Origin: Chrysomallon squamiferum
Lineage: Eukaryota; Animalia; Mollusca
Reading direction: 5' to 3'
Assembly (NCBI GenBank): GCA_012295275.1
Contig: CM022670.1
Span: 25,978,001 to 26,042,000, forward strand
Length of the DNA stretch: 64,000 nt
Position 1 is the stretch's first letter. Each line of letters begins with the position of its first letter. A program made the position numbers and the translations under genes. This document shows positions 50,673-64,000 of this stretch, piece after piece. The notes under the pieces were generated by a model. It saw only the letters and a program-made list of their open reading frames with translations, was not told the origin of the DNA and did no database searches.

Positions 50673-52271
50673 ATAATATCTCGGCACAGTAAAATAAAAA
50701 TGTATGTTTGTATGTGTATATGGATAAAATAACAATAAAAATATAGTAAAAATATAGTAAGAATAATAATAATAAATAAATAAATAAAATACATATCAAA
50801 TTTTTTAATACACAGCTAATAAGGCACTGGGGAGAACGGGAAACAGCAAAATTTTCGCATTAATGAGAACCGATCCTCTGACCTTACACTTCATTAAGAC
50901 TTGCTGTGACATAAGTTATACAGCCATCTCCTCATAAATAAAACAAAAGAAAAGGTCATATATACTGTTTTTATTAGAAGACAAAATTAAAAAAAAAAAA
51001 AAGTGCATTGTAAAATGTGAAGGTAAAGTAAATAAATAAATATCTACACGATTGTCAGCAGTTATTTTTTAATTAAAATTTTATCAAACCAAACAAGAGA
51101 AATAAAACAATATACAGATATATATATAAATATGAATCATGATTAATGTTAAAACATTTTCACAAGCTGATAATAAATTGACTTTTTTTATAAATCAATC
51201 TTTCACTGAGTTTACATGCTAATATATATGTATGTATATATGTATGTATGTTTGTATGTATGTATAATTATTATTTTATAATTTTTACAACATAAAACCA
51301 GCTTATTTTAAAAACGACTATCACTGCTCTCATAAAAGACAGAATGAAAGAAAGAAATGTTATCAAAGTTCTGTTCACATGAAAGCTGATGCTCAAAAAT
51401 GTTTCTTTACTGTTTTTAAATAATAACAACAATAATCGCTTAAATTTTTATTTACAATTTCAAAAATATGAAATTTACAATTTATTTTATTTGTTTATTT
51501 TAAATTCTTATGCTATTATGATAGATAGATTAACTGATAAATGGCAATACAGTTTTACATAGATTTCAAAATCATATAGGCTGATTTAAAAAAATCTGTT
51601 ATTTCTTTATTTATTTTTATTTTATTTATTTATTATTTGGTTTTCACATTTATTTATTTATTTACTTTTTTCTTTTTTTTACTCAGAGAAGTTGGTTTTA
51701 ACACATTACTTATTACTGCAGGGTTTGTTATTATTATTTTCTCTTGAATGGTATGATAAAAACAAACATTTGATTTGTGCAGGATATAACTTGTTCACTA
51801 ATTTATTGATTTTAAAATTTTGTTCATATACATTAGAATGTTTGAGTCATCATTTAAAAAAATATATAAATATATTATTATTATTAAAAAATGAAAAAAA
51901 AAAAAATTCTAAATACTAAACTGTATTATTTTCCCATCATTACAAATAAAATAAAATATATATTTTTCTAAACCTTTCAAATAAAATTATAAACCATTAT
52001 TTAAACAAAAACGTACATGTGTGTGTGTTTGTGTGTGTACACATACTCATACAAACATTTCACAGACATTTTGATACCAAAACAATCAGCAGATTATAGT
52101 ATAAATAATTATCAGGCACACATAACTGAAAAAATTAACAAACAGCAGTCTGACAATGGACGGAGGTATGTGAAAACAAAAATAAGGTAAAAAGTGCGTA
52201 GTATGTGAATACCTTTATCACAATAAGCACCACTAAATGCAGGTATTTAACAATGAGAAAAAAAACTCTGA

Positions 52272-52314
<43 letters not shown>

Positions 52315-54493
52315 CAAAATATGGCTTTGATATTAATTTACCTTTTTAGAAATTATATATTTTTATCATAATACTATATATATTCAACAGTTTCTTCATG
52401 GTTGAAATAATAAAAAATAATAAATAATAAGATGTTAAGGATAATTATTAACTAATTATTAACTTATTATCAACTAATTGTATGCATTAAAAGGTTCCAG
52501 CTATCAGTGTAAACACACCTATTAAAATCATTCACAAAATATAGATTTTTTTTCAAATGTATCTCTTGCAGTTAAAAAAATAAAATAGCTCTGTCATTTT
52601 CATTGGCAATTCTGAAATTAACATGTTTCTTAACTGTAAAAGAATATCATGAAAATATCCTAAGTTATGTCCACAATTCTACAAAATAAAATGTTGATTT
52701 TTTTTACAAACATTAAGCTTCTCAATATGCATGTAAATATATATATATATTGTTCACTGTGCAATTTAATAATTACAGCAATGTACACTTTTAAACTTTA
52801 GTGTGTTGATGTTAAAAGATATAAAAATATTCAAATACCATCTTTCAGCAGTAATTCTGGCATATTCAGCACAGAAATAAAAACATTTTTTTTTTTTTTT
52901 TTTTTTAAATGGTTTTAAAATCACAGGCTATATAACTTTTAAAAGAATCAACAATAATTGATCTCAATATCACAGACTTTGCTACAAATGTCATAAGAAT
53001 CAAAATATAACCCTCTGGAATTATTACAGATGAAAAAAAGATTTATAAATTATCTGGAGATTGTAAAATAATGTAATACCATATAAATAATTTTTAAAAT
53101 AAATGTTTGATTAAAGCAGTTGTGAATATGGATGTTGTTTTTTGTTGTTTTGTGATTGTTTTGTTTTTTAAAAAAGAAAGAAAGAAAGAAAAGAAAAATG
53201 AAAAAAAAAAAAAACAACTGAAATTTAACATGAGTTTTCCCTTTGTGAATTCACTTATAAATGGTACAGGTATTACTGAATGTGTGTATATATGGATAAT
53301 TTTAGGGATGTAATTTTTTAAAGTAATCATTAATTCAGTGAATATAGTAAAGATAAAACAACTTGAATGAATGCTGCCTAAAATTAATATTTATATATAA
53401 CTTATATTATCTAGATTTATTACTGGTTTTTAATTTGATAAAAAAAACAAGAATATAAAATATCCCACAATACTATTATTATTATTGTTACTTAATTTTA
53501 AACCTGTTAATAAGTTAATCATTTTTTTGTTAAACTTGCAGACCACATTTAATTAAAAATTTGCTACAACTGAAGATCCACGTATATATTTTAACAATGT
53601 ATCATCTGGCAAATGGCAAAAAATTGTCCTCTTTTTCTATATATTCCTTATGAAATGCTGATTTAAATTTGCAGCAAACTCAACAAAATAATTATTTTAT
53701 TATTACTTCTGCAATTTTTTTAAATAAATTGCAACTGGTGTAGTGTTTAAATATTATTTTGTAATTGCATGGCTACATTTGTATATTAATTGCAATCAGA
53801 TGGATATAATTATTATTTTGACATTATATTCAGTAATTTCATTTCAGTATTTTTTTTATAAAACTGCAATTAGTTAAATATATTGTTTAGATATTATAAA
53901 GTAATTAATTACATTTCTATATTAATTGCAATCAGATATACTAATTAAACATTATTCTGTGATTACAAGACTAATACTTTCATTTAAGGAAATGAAAATT
54001 TGCTACTAAAAGAATTATAAATACAGGTGACATGACAGCAGTGAAGCACTACTCAAGTGAAAATGTTTTCCTGCAAGTTTTGCCTTTTCTGAAATTTCAT
54101 CTGGATCCATTCTGTTTTAACAGTGTGTACCTCTGGTGCCACAAACAAGCAGCCTAAGTACATTTAATATACTTCCAAGTTATTTGTTTTTCCCAACCAG
54201 TCTTTGATAATAATAAAGTATGATAAAAATAAATAAATAACTAAAAATAACCAGTTCTTGTTGACAATCATAGATTTTTTTTTTTTTTAAATTTGTAAAA
54301 TTAATATAGTGAGTCTTATCACAGACTGTATGTATAAAACAATATCACTGTGAAAATCTGTCTCTTCATTTTATGATCATACTTTATTATTAACAAAGAT
54401 TGGTTTGAGTAAACCAATATAACAATAACTTTGAATGTGTACATGTATTTAGAGTAGTTGTTCAAATCACCACAGGTAACTTTAATTCTGCTT

Positions 54494-56496
54494 TCAGACC
54501 ATCTCCAGACTTGGCAGTTTGTTGACACCTGCTGTCCTTTTGATTGGACCTTTCTTTGGATCAATTATCCTCTGATCCTCTGGAATGTTGCTGAAAACAT
54601 GTTTTAAAAAAGGATCTGCATTTTTAAATCATAATTATTTAGATGAACTAATTTACTGTGGTACAAACAAAATTGTCAAAATACATTTTACATATTTGGA
54701 AGTGATTATTTTATTAGTTGCTCATCACCTATCATTAATAAAAAGAAAAGAAATATCTGATAACGTGGATATTAGCAACTATGGATTTTTTTATTCAGTT
54801 TATTAGTAATATTACACTTCTATATGAAAATAAAAAAATGAAAATTGGTATTATGTATTAATATTCTTGTATTTGTTATTCAATTGTCATCCTTATTATT
54901 AATAAAGGTTGATACTGATAATCAAAACAATAACACTGAATGTTACATAGTGTTTAGAATATTTGTCTATATCATTACTAGTGAAGTTTAACAAGAACAT
55001 AGATTTAGCTGTTACCAGAAATAACAAATATTATTTTAGTAAATATTAAAATTATTATTAATTTTATTAATGAAATAGTATATTAAAATGCTTTCAGAAA
55101 CCGTACCCATCCATATCTCTTGGTGTCCTTCCAGAGATGAGTCCATCTCCTAGAGTCTGTCTTTGTCTTCTGATTTCTTCCAGACTGCCTTTTGTAGCAT
55201 TGATTTCCAGGACATACTGTTTCCTCTCATCATTAGCCTTGTGGTAAGCCTAGAATGAAAACATTCTGAATGTATTAACACTTACAGTGGTATGTAAGAG
55301 AGGAAACTTACTGCATGGGCTATAGTTTTTAACTAGAAGCAAGTAGCATTTTTTTAATGTGCAAAATCCTGTAGATACAACAACACTTACAGTAACAGTT
55401 AATAAAAAGAACTGTGATAAACAGACTATGTGGGAAACAGACCAATATAAAAAGAGCAGACATTTGTACAAAATGAAATATGAAAAAATTAGTTTTTTTA
55501 ATATGAAGGGAAACAACTGTTATTTATCACCTTCATTGACTTTACAAAAATTGAAGTTACAAACAATATACAATATAATAAAAATCAATTTTACAAAATG
55601 TATCTAATGTGTTATATTGTGTCACAGGACCAAAATGAGCCAAACTGTATTTGTATGCAGTGGTTTAAGTAAGGTATGGCAAATACGATACATGCCTGGT
55701 ATGTTTTAGCTGGGTTTTTGGCAAAGTTGTCTGAAAGATTTGGGTCAGATTCTGCGACATGGATGCAATTTCAAACCAAATAACAACAATTTTAAAACAC
55801 AAAAACAACAGTTTTGAAACAGAATATCAAACCTTTGACTCCTGATCTAGTCGCCACTCTAAGTCTCGCAGTGTATTGTACAGACTTTGTTTCTCACGTT
55901 CAAAATTCTTTATCATCTGTGGATTTGCCTGAGGAAAATAAATAAAGAACAACACTGTATTTCACAGATACAAATTAATATATATATATATATATATATA
56001 TATTCATTTTAAAGCTAGCTTTCTATTCATTGATATTATAGGACAAAATTAATTTATTATTATGCAGTCATTTCATGCAGTGTCTAATTGGTATCTAATG
56101 GTTTATTATTGTTAATCTATTTTTTAATGAATATCATTGCCACCAAAACTGATACAAAGAGATCATACTTACATCAGCCAGATCATCATAACTTCTATTG
56201 TCTTTGGGTGATTTATTTGCTACAATAAAGAGGGATGTTGTGATCACTGTAAAAACACTATAAAAATAGTTTCTAGTCAAATGACCAGAAATAATTACTT
56301 TTCTGGAACAAAATATAGATTACATCCTTAAAAAAATAAAAAAATAACAATTTAATTAATATACAATTAACATGCTTGTTAGAAGTGTATCTTAGGTAAT
56401 ATAAACAAAATTGTCTGAATACATTTTATGTATATTCAGATGACAGTTTTATTTATTTTGATCATTTTTATTTTTGAATACTTTCCTTTGAATGAG

Positions 56497-56559
<63 letters not shown>

Positions 56560-59136
56560 TGAATAATAATAATAATAATAATAAAAATAAAAGACTAAGT
56601 AAACATTTGTAAATGTACATACTGTTTTATGTTCAAAATAATTTCCTAAAAAAGATTATTCCATTGTCAAACTTTATTATTAACAAAGAGTGGTGATGAG
56701 AACCTAACAAACTTACAAATTATCAAAATGTATTTTACTTGTACCAACACAAAGACCCTCACACGGATTTATGACAGTCATAAAATGATAACATCTCAAT
56801 TCACATGTAAAATTTACCTTCTTTCAGATTCTTTTTGGCTTCCTCTACCTTGTTCTGCAGCAAGATGATCTGTCTCTCTAACTGCTGGTTCATTTCTTCT
56901 TGTGTTTCAAACCTTGTCTTCCACTCATTGCCTGCAGTACATTTAACCTGTCCAAACTTAGTCACAGAACAACTGGTAACCCTAAATACTACATGAACAG
57001 CACAGATGCCATGTGGACATAACAGATACTTAGCAAACATACTGATGTAATAAATTACCATCAAAACTTCAGTCAGCATAATCCATATGGCATCAGTGCT
57101 GTTTCTATAATAGCCAGTATTTAAGGTTATCCTTTCCTCTGCTACAATCAAGAACACCATGACTCTTTTTAATGTCACCACAGCCACCAGTATTAATAAC
57201 AGATTGGCTAAATCAATTTCTCACCCAAAGAGCTATGTTAACTAGCACAAATATAATTAATATTTTGGTTATATCATTTGGCTACAGCTATTTTTCATTC
57301 AAGAAGAGTTCATCTAACACCATAACAACCACAAATGCAATTAAAACCATCATTACCACAATACAAAATCCTCCAAAACAAAATTTTGTATCTGCCATAG
57401 ACACAACAGTTAGCTAAGTGAGACACCCACCAATGATAAATATCCTTAAACTAAAGGATGGATAAAGTTTGTAAACAATTTAATTAATTATGAAAAGGAA
57501 CATTTATAGATTACTCCCTATTTTAAACACTATACCCTCAGCCATATGAATGTCTCTGGTTATCACTGCTTCAAAATAACTAAATATTGTTGTTGCTGTT
57601 GTCTATCAGATTTTTCAGTTGGAATAAAAATACAGTACACTGTGAAATAAATTTTACAGTTTCTATTTCAGATTAACATTACTGATAATTTTATTAATGT
57701 CATAATTGCTGACAGATGAAACACCAACCATATTTCTTTTCTTTATTTTCTTTGGTTATTTATATATATAATTATGAGTAACAAAATTTTATGTGTAATT
57801 TTATATTTTATGTATTTAAATTTATAAATGATTCAGTGTATTCATTTTTGTTTCTAATATTATTTTAATAAATATTTTATATCTCCAAAATTAATGAAAT
57901 TATAATATAAAACTGTGAAATTAAAAGAAGATGATCAATAATGTAAGACTGAGTGAGATATTTTAATGTATCTGTTTGTGCTGAACAATTATTAACTGTA
58001 ACGAGGACAGTGCAATGGAAGCCAAACTTTGTTTTCACTTACCTGGTGGAAAGAAAATAATAAAAAAAGAAAAAAGAAAGCATACAAATCAAAATGAATA
58101 TTTAAATAAATATCATTAATATTTATAAATAACTTGGAATCTGGAATTTAAAAAATATATTAGATCTTCTGCTTTGGGCTTGTTTGTAAAATGCACTATA
58201 GCTATAGTTAAATATATATTTAGTGAATCATTGAATAAAACCAGAAAAATAAAATCGTCTCCTTGTGTGTTTGTGTGCATGTGTACTGCTCGCATGTATG
58301 TTTGTGTTCATGAGTGTGTGTGTTCTTGTATATGTATGTGGTTAAAAACAGCCATATACTATTATACAAAAAAACAACAACATAGCAGCAAAAAGAACAA
58401 GAAAAATAAAAGAATGTGATTATTATATAATTAGTATTAATCTAACCTTCATTATCAACATAATCCAGTCTTTTCTCCAGTTCATTAACAGTCACTTGCA
58501 GTTCTGAGGCAGACTGATCCAGCATTTCCCTGCATTAAAATAAAATTAATTTAACTTCATGGATCATTATTGAAAAGTATTATAAAACAGAACTGTAAAA
58601 CAAACATAAACATAAACTTGAAAATAGAATATTAATGAAGATTCTGACAAGATTCATATTTGACACAAAATATGCTTCAGCTAACACAAAAAGAAACAAC
58701 ATAGCTTATGGTACTATATATATATATATATTCATTTAACAATGAATGAATAATGAATGATGTCTATAGTAACACTAACTGAATTAAAATAAAGGTTAAA
58801 TTTTAACACATGCTTCCTTCATATTCATAACACTTCATGTGTTGTATATTACTCTTCCAAAGACTATGTAAAACTGTATATTTTATTTCACGCTAAATAA
58901 TATGTAATCTCCAATTCAAAATCAAAACATTGCCAGTCTCAGGTCAGGTGCGCGTTAACAATATCGGATATTTCGTTAATCTTTTAAATTAACGAACGGG
59001 AAGTGCTTAGGGAAATATTACTTATAAACGAGAAAGGAATTATAAACGTATATTTAACCTACTTCATTTGTTTCTCTTGCTGAATTTCAGCTTTTAATTT
59101 TTCTAGTTCAAAGTCTTCCATACTGTCGACCGCCAT
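54494..59136 (-). CDS. CCDC169: Coiled-coil domain-containing protein 169, 217 aa, 7 exons
   Basis: Exons 59136-59063, 58529-58447, 56931-56818, 56219-56173, 55928-55833, 55249-55107 and 54590-54494 (TGA); 654 nt with consistent phases. Sequence includes GNEWKTRFETQEEMNQQLERQI, LRDLEWRLDQESKAYHKANDERKQY and DPKKGPIKRTAGV, recalled as CCDC169 family motifs. Confidence 0.87.
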
Positions 59137-59170
59137 GTTGGATCACCATAAACGTTGCCATGTACAGTGT
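59129..59170 (-). promoter_or_regulatory. CCDC169 start region: YY1/Kozak-like CAACATGGCGG and a partial RFX X-box (GTTGCCATG)
   Basis: The minus strand reads CCAACATGGCGG over the ATG; GTTGCCATGTACAG lies at 59154-59167. CpGs are locally retained. Confidence 0.4.
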
Positions 59171-59778
59171 GATGTCACGAAAAGGAAATACCTCTGATTC
59201 TATTTATAACCATATTTTCCGCATCGATTTTTCCGAATTAATAATATAAACCCTGCATGTAATAATATGGTTTATCAAAGGGTTTCCTTATTTTCACTGT
59301 TAATATTTGTTAATCTTAATAAACAGAATATAAATACGTAATATAAATTATTAATTAATAATAATAATAATAATAATAATTATAATAATCATAATAATAA
59401 TAATAATAAATACATAGAATTTGGTTATTTTTCATAATCTTATTTTGTTTCATTTCATTTTTATTTTTTCTAATATATAATTTCACGAATAATTTTAATT
59501 AAATAACTGCAATTTTTAAATTATACTTTTTATTAATTTTCAAACTAAACAGATTTAATGCTATGTTATTTTTAAAACTATAAAGTAGTCCAACGTCGTA
59601 AGTGTTACTTAAGCCTTTCCTACCCACTGCTGATAATCGGACACACGAAGACGTTGCTCTCATAATCTCAGACCCTACCCCTGTATGCCCTGAATGTGAT
59701 TGTTGGATACCAGTATTAGTGTAATTATTAACCTGAAGAATACATTTTTATTCCTATTATTATTGTTTAATATTATAT

Positions 59779-59833
<55 letters not shown>

Positions 59834-60763
59834 GTCACATACTGTAATACTGGCGTATCTGACGTATCAGAACACTTTTCTTTACAATAAATCGATAGGA
59901 GCGTTTGAGGATAATATAATTATCAGTGTTCAAGTGTTTTATATTAAAATGTTAAAACAGTAACGATGAACAAAAAGTTTAAGAAGAAGAAGAAGAAGAA
60001 GAAAAGAGAGACATGTTCATATCCATAAATAAATAAAAATTTATAAAATTAACAAAAACAAGTAAATTATAACGAAGTTAGATGTATAAATGATGCTCTA
60101 CTGCCTCGCCAAACAAATGATTAATGAAGTACCATGGGTAGTGAAAGCAACAATTTATATAATTAAATAATAAATTTATAAATTAATAAATAAATCAATA
60201 GTAGTAACAGTACACACCCACGCATATTTATTTACCACTACAATTATTGCTACTACGACTGCTACTACTACTACTATTAATTAACTGATTTATTTATTAA
60301 TTTATTATTTAATTATTTAATAATATTACATAAAATAATTCAATTAAATTTGAAAACCCATCACGTTTCAGTCCATTGTACTGAAAATCGACCATCTTGA
60401 TCTCACGTCACTTCTGATGCATTCCACTTACTGCATCTTCACTTAGCTACTGAAGCTGAACTGTAACTGCAGTCAGCATTCATTCGTATTCGAACACATT
60501 CGAAACTCACCCGTTATCCACATCCTCGTAATATTCTTCATATTCACTTTCGTTTAGCTGTTCCATGGTTTTGGTGTTAAAAATGTAAAATTTGTTTAAA
60601 TATTAACGAAATATTTATTGATGGCAAACGTGTCACACAGTTCGCGTTTTCTACCATGACAACGTCTCTGGTTCAATAACATATATAGATCGGTCACACC
60701 CCAGTGAATAGTGAGACGAAGAAATACAATATCAGGGATATTTCAGGAACTTACAGAGCTAAA

Positions 60764-60805
<42 letters not shown>

Positions 60806-61008
60806 TTTTATAATTAAAATAAAAGGAACAAAAAAAAAAAAATAATAATAAAAATAGCAGCATTTCCATATTGATAAAAAATAATAAAATAATAAAATAA
60901 AAAAAAAAAAAAAATATATATAAAATATATATTTATATAAAAAAAAAAAAAAAAAAATAGCAGCATTATCCATAACAACGATGATGATAAAAATAATAAT
61001 AATAATAA

Positions 61009-61039
<31 letters not shown>

Positions 61040-61110
61040 ATGATGATGATGATGATGATGATGATGATAATGAAGAAGAAGATGAAGAAGAAGAAGAAGA
61101 AAAGAAGAAA
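60764..61110. repeat. Low-complexity compound (AAT)/(A)n/(GAA)/(GAT) tract
   Basis: Directly visible; the source of spurious poly-I/F/H/L ORFs. Confidence 0.88.
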
Positions 61111-61291
61111 AACAAAATTGCAAGTAAAACCTATAACCAAAACCAAAGAACAATAAAGATATAAATTCCATGGAGTCAGCTAATGGAAATTTTAATATTT
61201 GATTTTCAAATCGAAACTGAGCATAATTATCGGTTTAATTTAATATTTTCAAATTCGACATACAGTTCATGATGATATTTAAATCTGAGAG

Positions 61292-61553
61292 CAGTGGCGT
61301 GCAGGGGGGGGCGATGGGGCAGTGGCCCCGGGCATCCAAATGGGGGGAATTCAATCAGAGAAGAGAACTTAATAAATTTGGTTGATTTATATTTAAATCG
61401 AATAAAGTGTTTATTTTGTTTCATTTGTGTTTACATATTCAAAATATCTTCCTTTCACATTACATTTCTCAGTGCTAGGACTCACACTTGAGTCTTTGGG
61501 GCATACAATCAAAGAGATGGCTCCGGGCATTACAAGACCGCTGCATGGCACTG
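61292..61553. mobile_element. hAT-superfamily MITE, copy 2
   Basis: TIRs CAGTGGCGTGCAG / CTGCATGGCACTG (11/13 match) and an 8-bp TSD TCTGAGAG/TCTGGGAG. Homologous to 43856-44121. Confidence 0.85.
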
Positions 61554-63050
61554 TCTGGGAGTGACATGAGAGAGAATATTTTGGTTGTCTTATTAATTTC
61601 TGTTTAGTCTTTTATCATTTCCAGTGTCGAAATATTGTACCCCGACACTTCACAGAATGAAAATACCATATTTGGATTAGACTGAATGAATTAATATTTC
61701 ATGTAAAACACCTTAAACGATTTTTATATTTATAGTTTTATTTTCAAAACAATGACGAAATATTACGAGCGAAAACATTCAATCGCTAATTAATTTTTAT
61801 ATCCACACCTATTTTTTGTCATTTAAATAACTGTTGAGGAGTTAGACTACATATCGGTTGGAGCATTGACTGGAACGGGATATATCTCATTCAGCGAACC
61901 AGAGCATTTTACTCTTAACTGAACACTGTTTATTTTCCTTGAGATGACGCTTATAGTAACTGAAAAATGTCTTGTATACTTCATTTGTATCTGACCGAAT
62001 TTTGAACGCCAAAGGCTGCTGTTGGTGGATATTTCAGACTGGTATCTTGTTCTTGTTACTTGACGACTGTTCATGATGGTAACAACGACCCGTTATAATT
62101 GATAAACTAAAGACTTTTCCATATAACTTTAAGACTGAAGAAACAGCTATTACTTTGATGAATATCAAGTGCTGGGTGTTATAAAGAAAGATGTCTAAAT
62201 GCAAGAACCCAGAAATGTATGTATCCTTGTAATTTTGTTATTTTCTTTTTGTTGTTGTTGTTGCTGTTGCTGTTGCTATTGTTATTGTTCTTCATCTTAT
62301 CATCATTATTATTTATTACTATTATTATGGTAATTATTATTAAATGTTTTTTTGTAACTAAAACAAAGAGACAGTTTAATTACAGTTCTTTGACCTTTGA
62401 CATATATGCATTTTGAGTCACTAGAGATTCTTAAAGTGAGGATCATATATTTTCTTTGGATATAAATGAAATTTCCAAATATGTTGGAAACAAGATTTAT
62501 TTCCATATATAAAAAAAAAACTGTATGAGTGAAAAAACAACAACAACAACATCATCAACAGTAATAATAACATATTGTAATAATAATTAATAATATTTTA
62601 AACAAACAAACAAATAAATAAATAAATAAATCTCCTGTTTCGGGAATATTAAAACAAGCTAATATACATTTATGATGGCTCATACTAGATAACTAAATAA
62701 CTTTGAAACAAAAAATAAAATATTTAATTCTTTCTGTCTTTATTTGAATGTTTTTATTTTCACTCATTCATTCATCCATATTTTTGTTGTTTTTATTTTT
62801 TATTTTATTTTTTATTTTTATAAATTTATTTATTTATTTGAATTTGAATTTGTTTGTTTGTTAGTTCGAGAGCTGTCAAGAATCTTTAATGGCTTCACAC
62901 AAGATCAGTGAGATGGTATTTAAATATAAATCATTATATTTAACGATATTTTCATGCAATAGTTGTTACTCTTAATGCAGCCATGTAGCCGTATAAATTA
63001 GTTTCACTAAATTGAATATTTAATTGAAATTAATAACTCTTTTCTCTTAC

Positions 63051-63576
63051 CTTTTTTCTCGTGTTAAATATGTCGGGTTGTCGTAAAGTTCTCTGGATTC
63101 TCTAACAGAACATCTCAGTTTCATTCCTTGTATTTCCATGTTTTCAGAACCATCCGATTCACCGTCTGACTGACTTCCTCGACTGTTCTGGAATCTGAGG
63201 AGACCGAAAGATTATTACATTATTAATCAGTGTTTAATCTGGATAAGAATCTGGATGTTATATCTTATAACGTGGTTCTGTATAAGATAAAAATATAACT
63301 GGATGTGGTATTCCTATCTAACCTTTGTAATTATGTTTAAGATTAACATTGATTTAGATCTGGTCTTTCTTCCTGTTAATTTTTGTATTTTCCGAATTTC
63401 CCAAATTTTAATCTGTAATATAAAAAACTTGGGTGAACTCACCTCTTTTCAGATGTCTCGTATGTTGTGTTTTCGTTCGATTCTCTCGAATCCTTGTTAG
63501 AGTGTCCTAGGCTTGTACCTTGTATTTCCATAGACTCTGACATATCTGATCCAACATCAGACGAATTCAGTGACAT
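63051..63576 (-). CDS. Uncharacterised Ser/Glu-rich protein with two paralogous exons (orphan; 3' structure uncertain)
   Basis: Exon 63576-63443 (MSLNSSDVGSDMSESMEIQGTSLGHSNKDSRESNENTTYETSEK|gtgag) splices in phase to exon 63194-63051 (RFQNSRGSQSDGESDGSENMEIQGMKLRCSVRESRELYDNPTYLTREK|gtaag). A possible terminal exon begins at 62106. Confidence 0.55.
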
Positions 63577-64000
63577 CTTTTTAATTTTTATGTTTTCAAA
63601 GACCAGTTTTTCTTCCAGGATTTTAATGATTTTTTTTTTTTTTTTCAATACATCACACTCAAAATTTGTGCAATGTTATAATAAATCATATTTGTTAAAA
63701 AAAAGAAGAAAAAAGAAGTAATAATAATAATCAAATAAATAACATTAGGGAAAGAAAATTCGAGTATTCCAAATGAATACTTAAAAATAATGCAGATGAA
63801 GTTTTGTTAAAACTGAAGGTGATAAATAATGAAAATGAACACACTGAGTCGACCAGTATAGTCAATGTCTTTTGCTGAACCTATAGCAGACGACACCATA
63901 ATCAATATGGTATTGTATAAATGTATAAATGTAAACTGACAAGATAAACCTCATTGTATTATTGACAGCCAATCAAATAAGCAAATACATGGCACGTGAT

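Noticed and set aside
50420-50799. ORFs inside the Tigger-like copy as a possible transposase remnant
   Set aside because: No HTH/CENP-B or DDE motifs are recognisable.
56932-57187. N-terminal extension of the 128-aa ORF overlapping CCDC169 exon 3
   Set aside because: It is intron sequence that happens to be open. The candidate cassette exon inside it has incompatible phases.
62221-62228. U12-type donor consensus GTATCCTT (also on the minus strand at 30204-30211)
   Set aside because: Not at any supported exon boundary; likely a chance 8-mer.

Overview
AT-rich, intron-rich animal genomic DNA, most likely an invertebrate and possibly a mollusc (inferred from composition, repeat types and GPCR style). 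It is not prokaryotic, so most of the supplied ORF track is exon fragments or microsatellite noise. Manual splicing gives six recognisable genes plus one orphan: ISWI/SMARCA5 (+, 23 exons in the window, 5' end upstream, one GC-AG intron); COA5 (-) head-to-head with UNC50 (+), the same arrangement as in human; a PAP2/lipid-phosphate-phosphatase-like gene (-) with degenerate catalytic motifs, an apparent 1-nt frameshift and a dual-frame last exon; an intronless class A GPCR with atypical motifs (+); CCDC169 (-); and a small orphan gene (-) built from duplicated exons. Repeats include a Tigger/pogo-like MITE (2 copies), a hAT MITE with 8-bp TSDs (2 copies), probable SINE remnants, 108-bp and ~28-bp tandem arrays and many microsatellites. 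I see no clear evidence of a wholly new multi-gene system. The strongest leads are the COA5-UNC50 bidirectional pair, the pseudo-phosphatase with reading-frame anomalies, and the orphan duplicated-exon gene.
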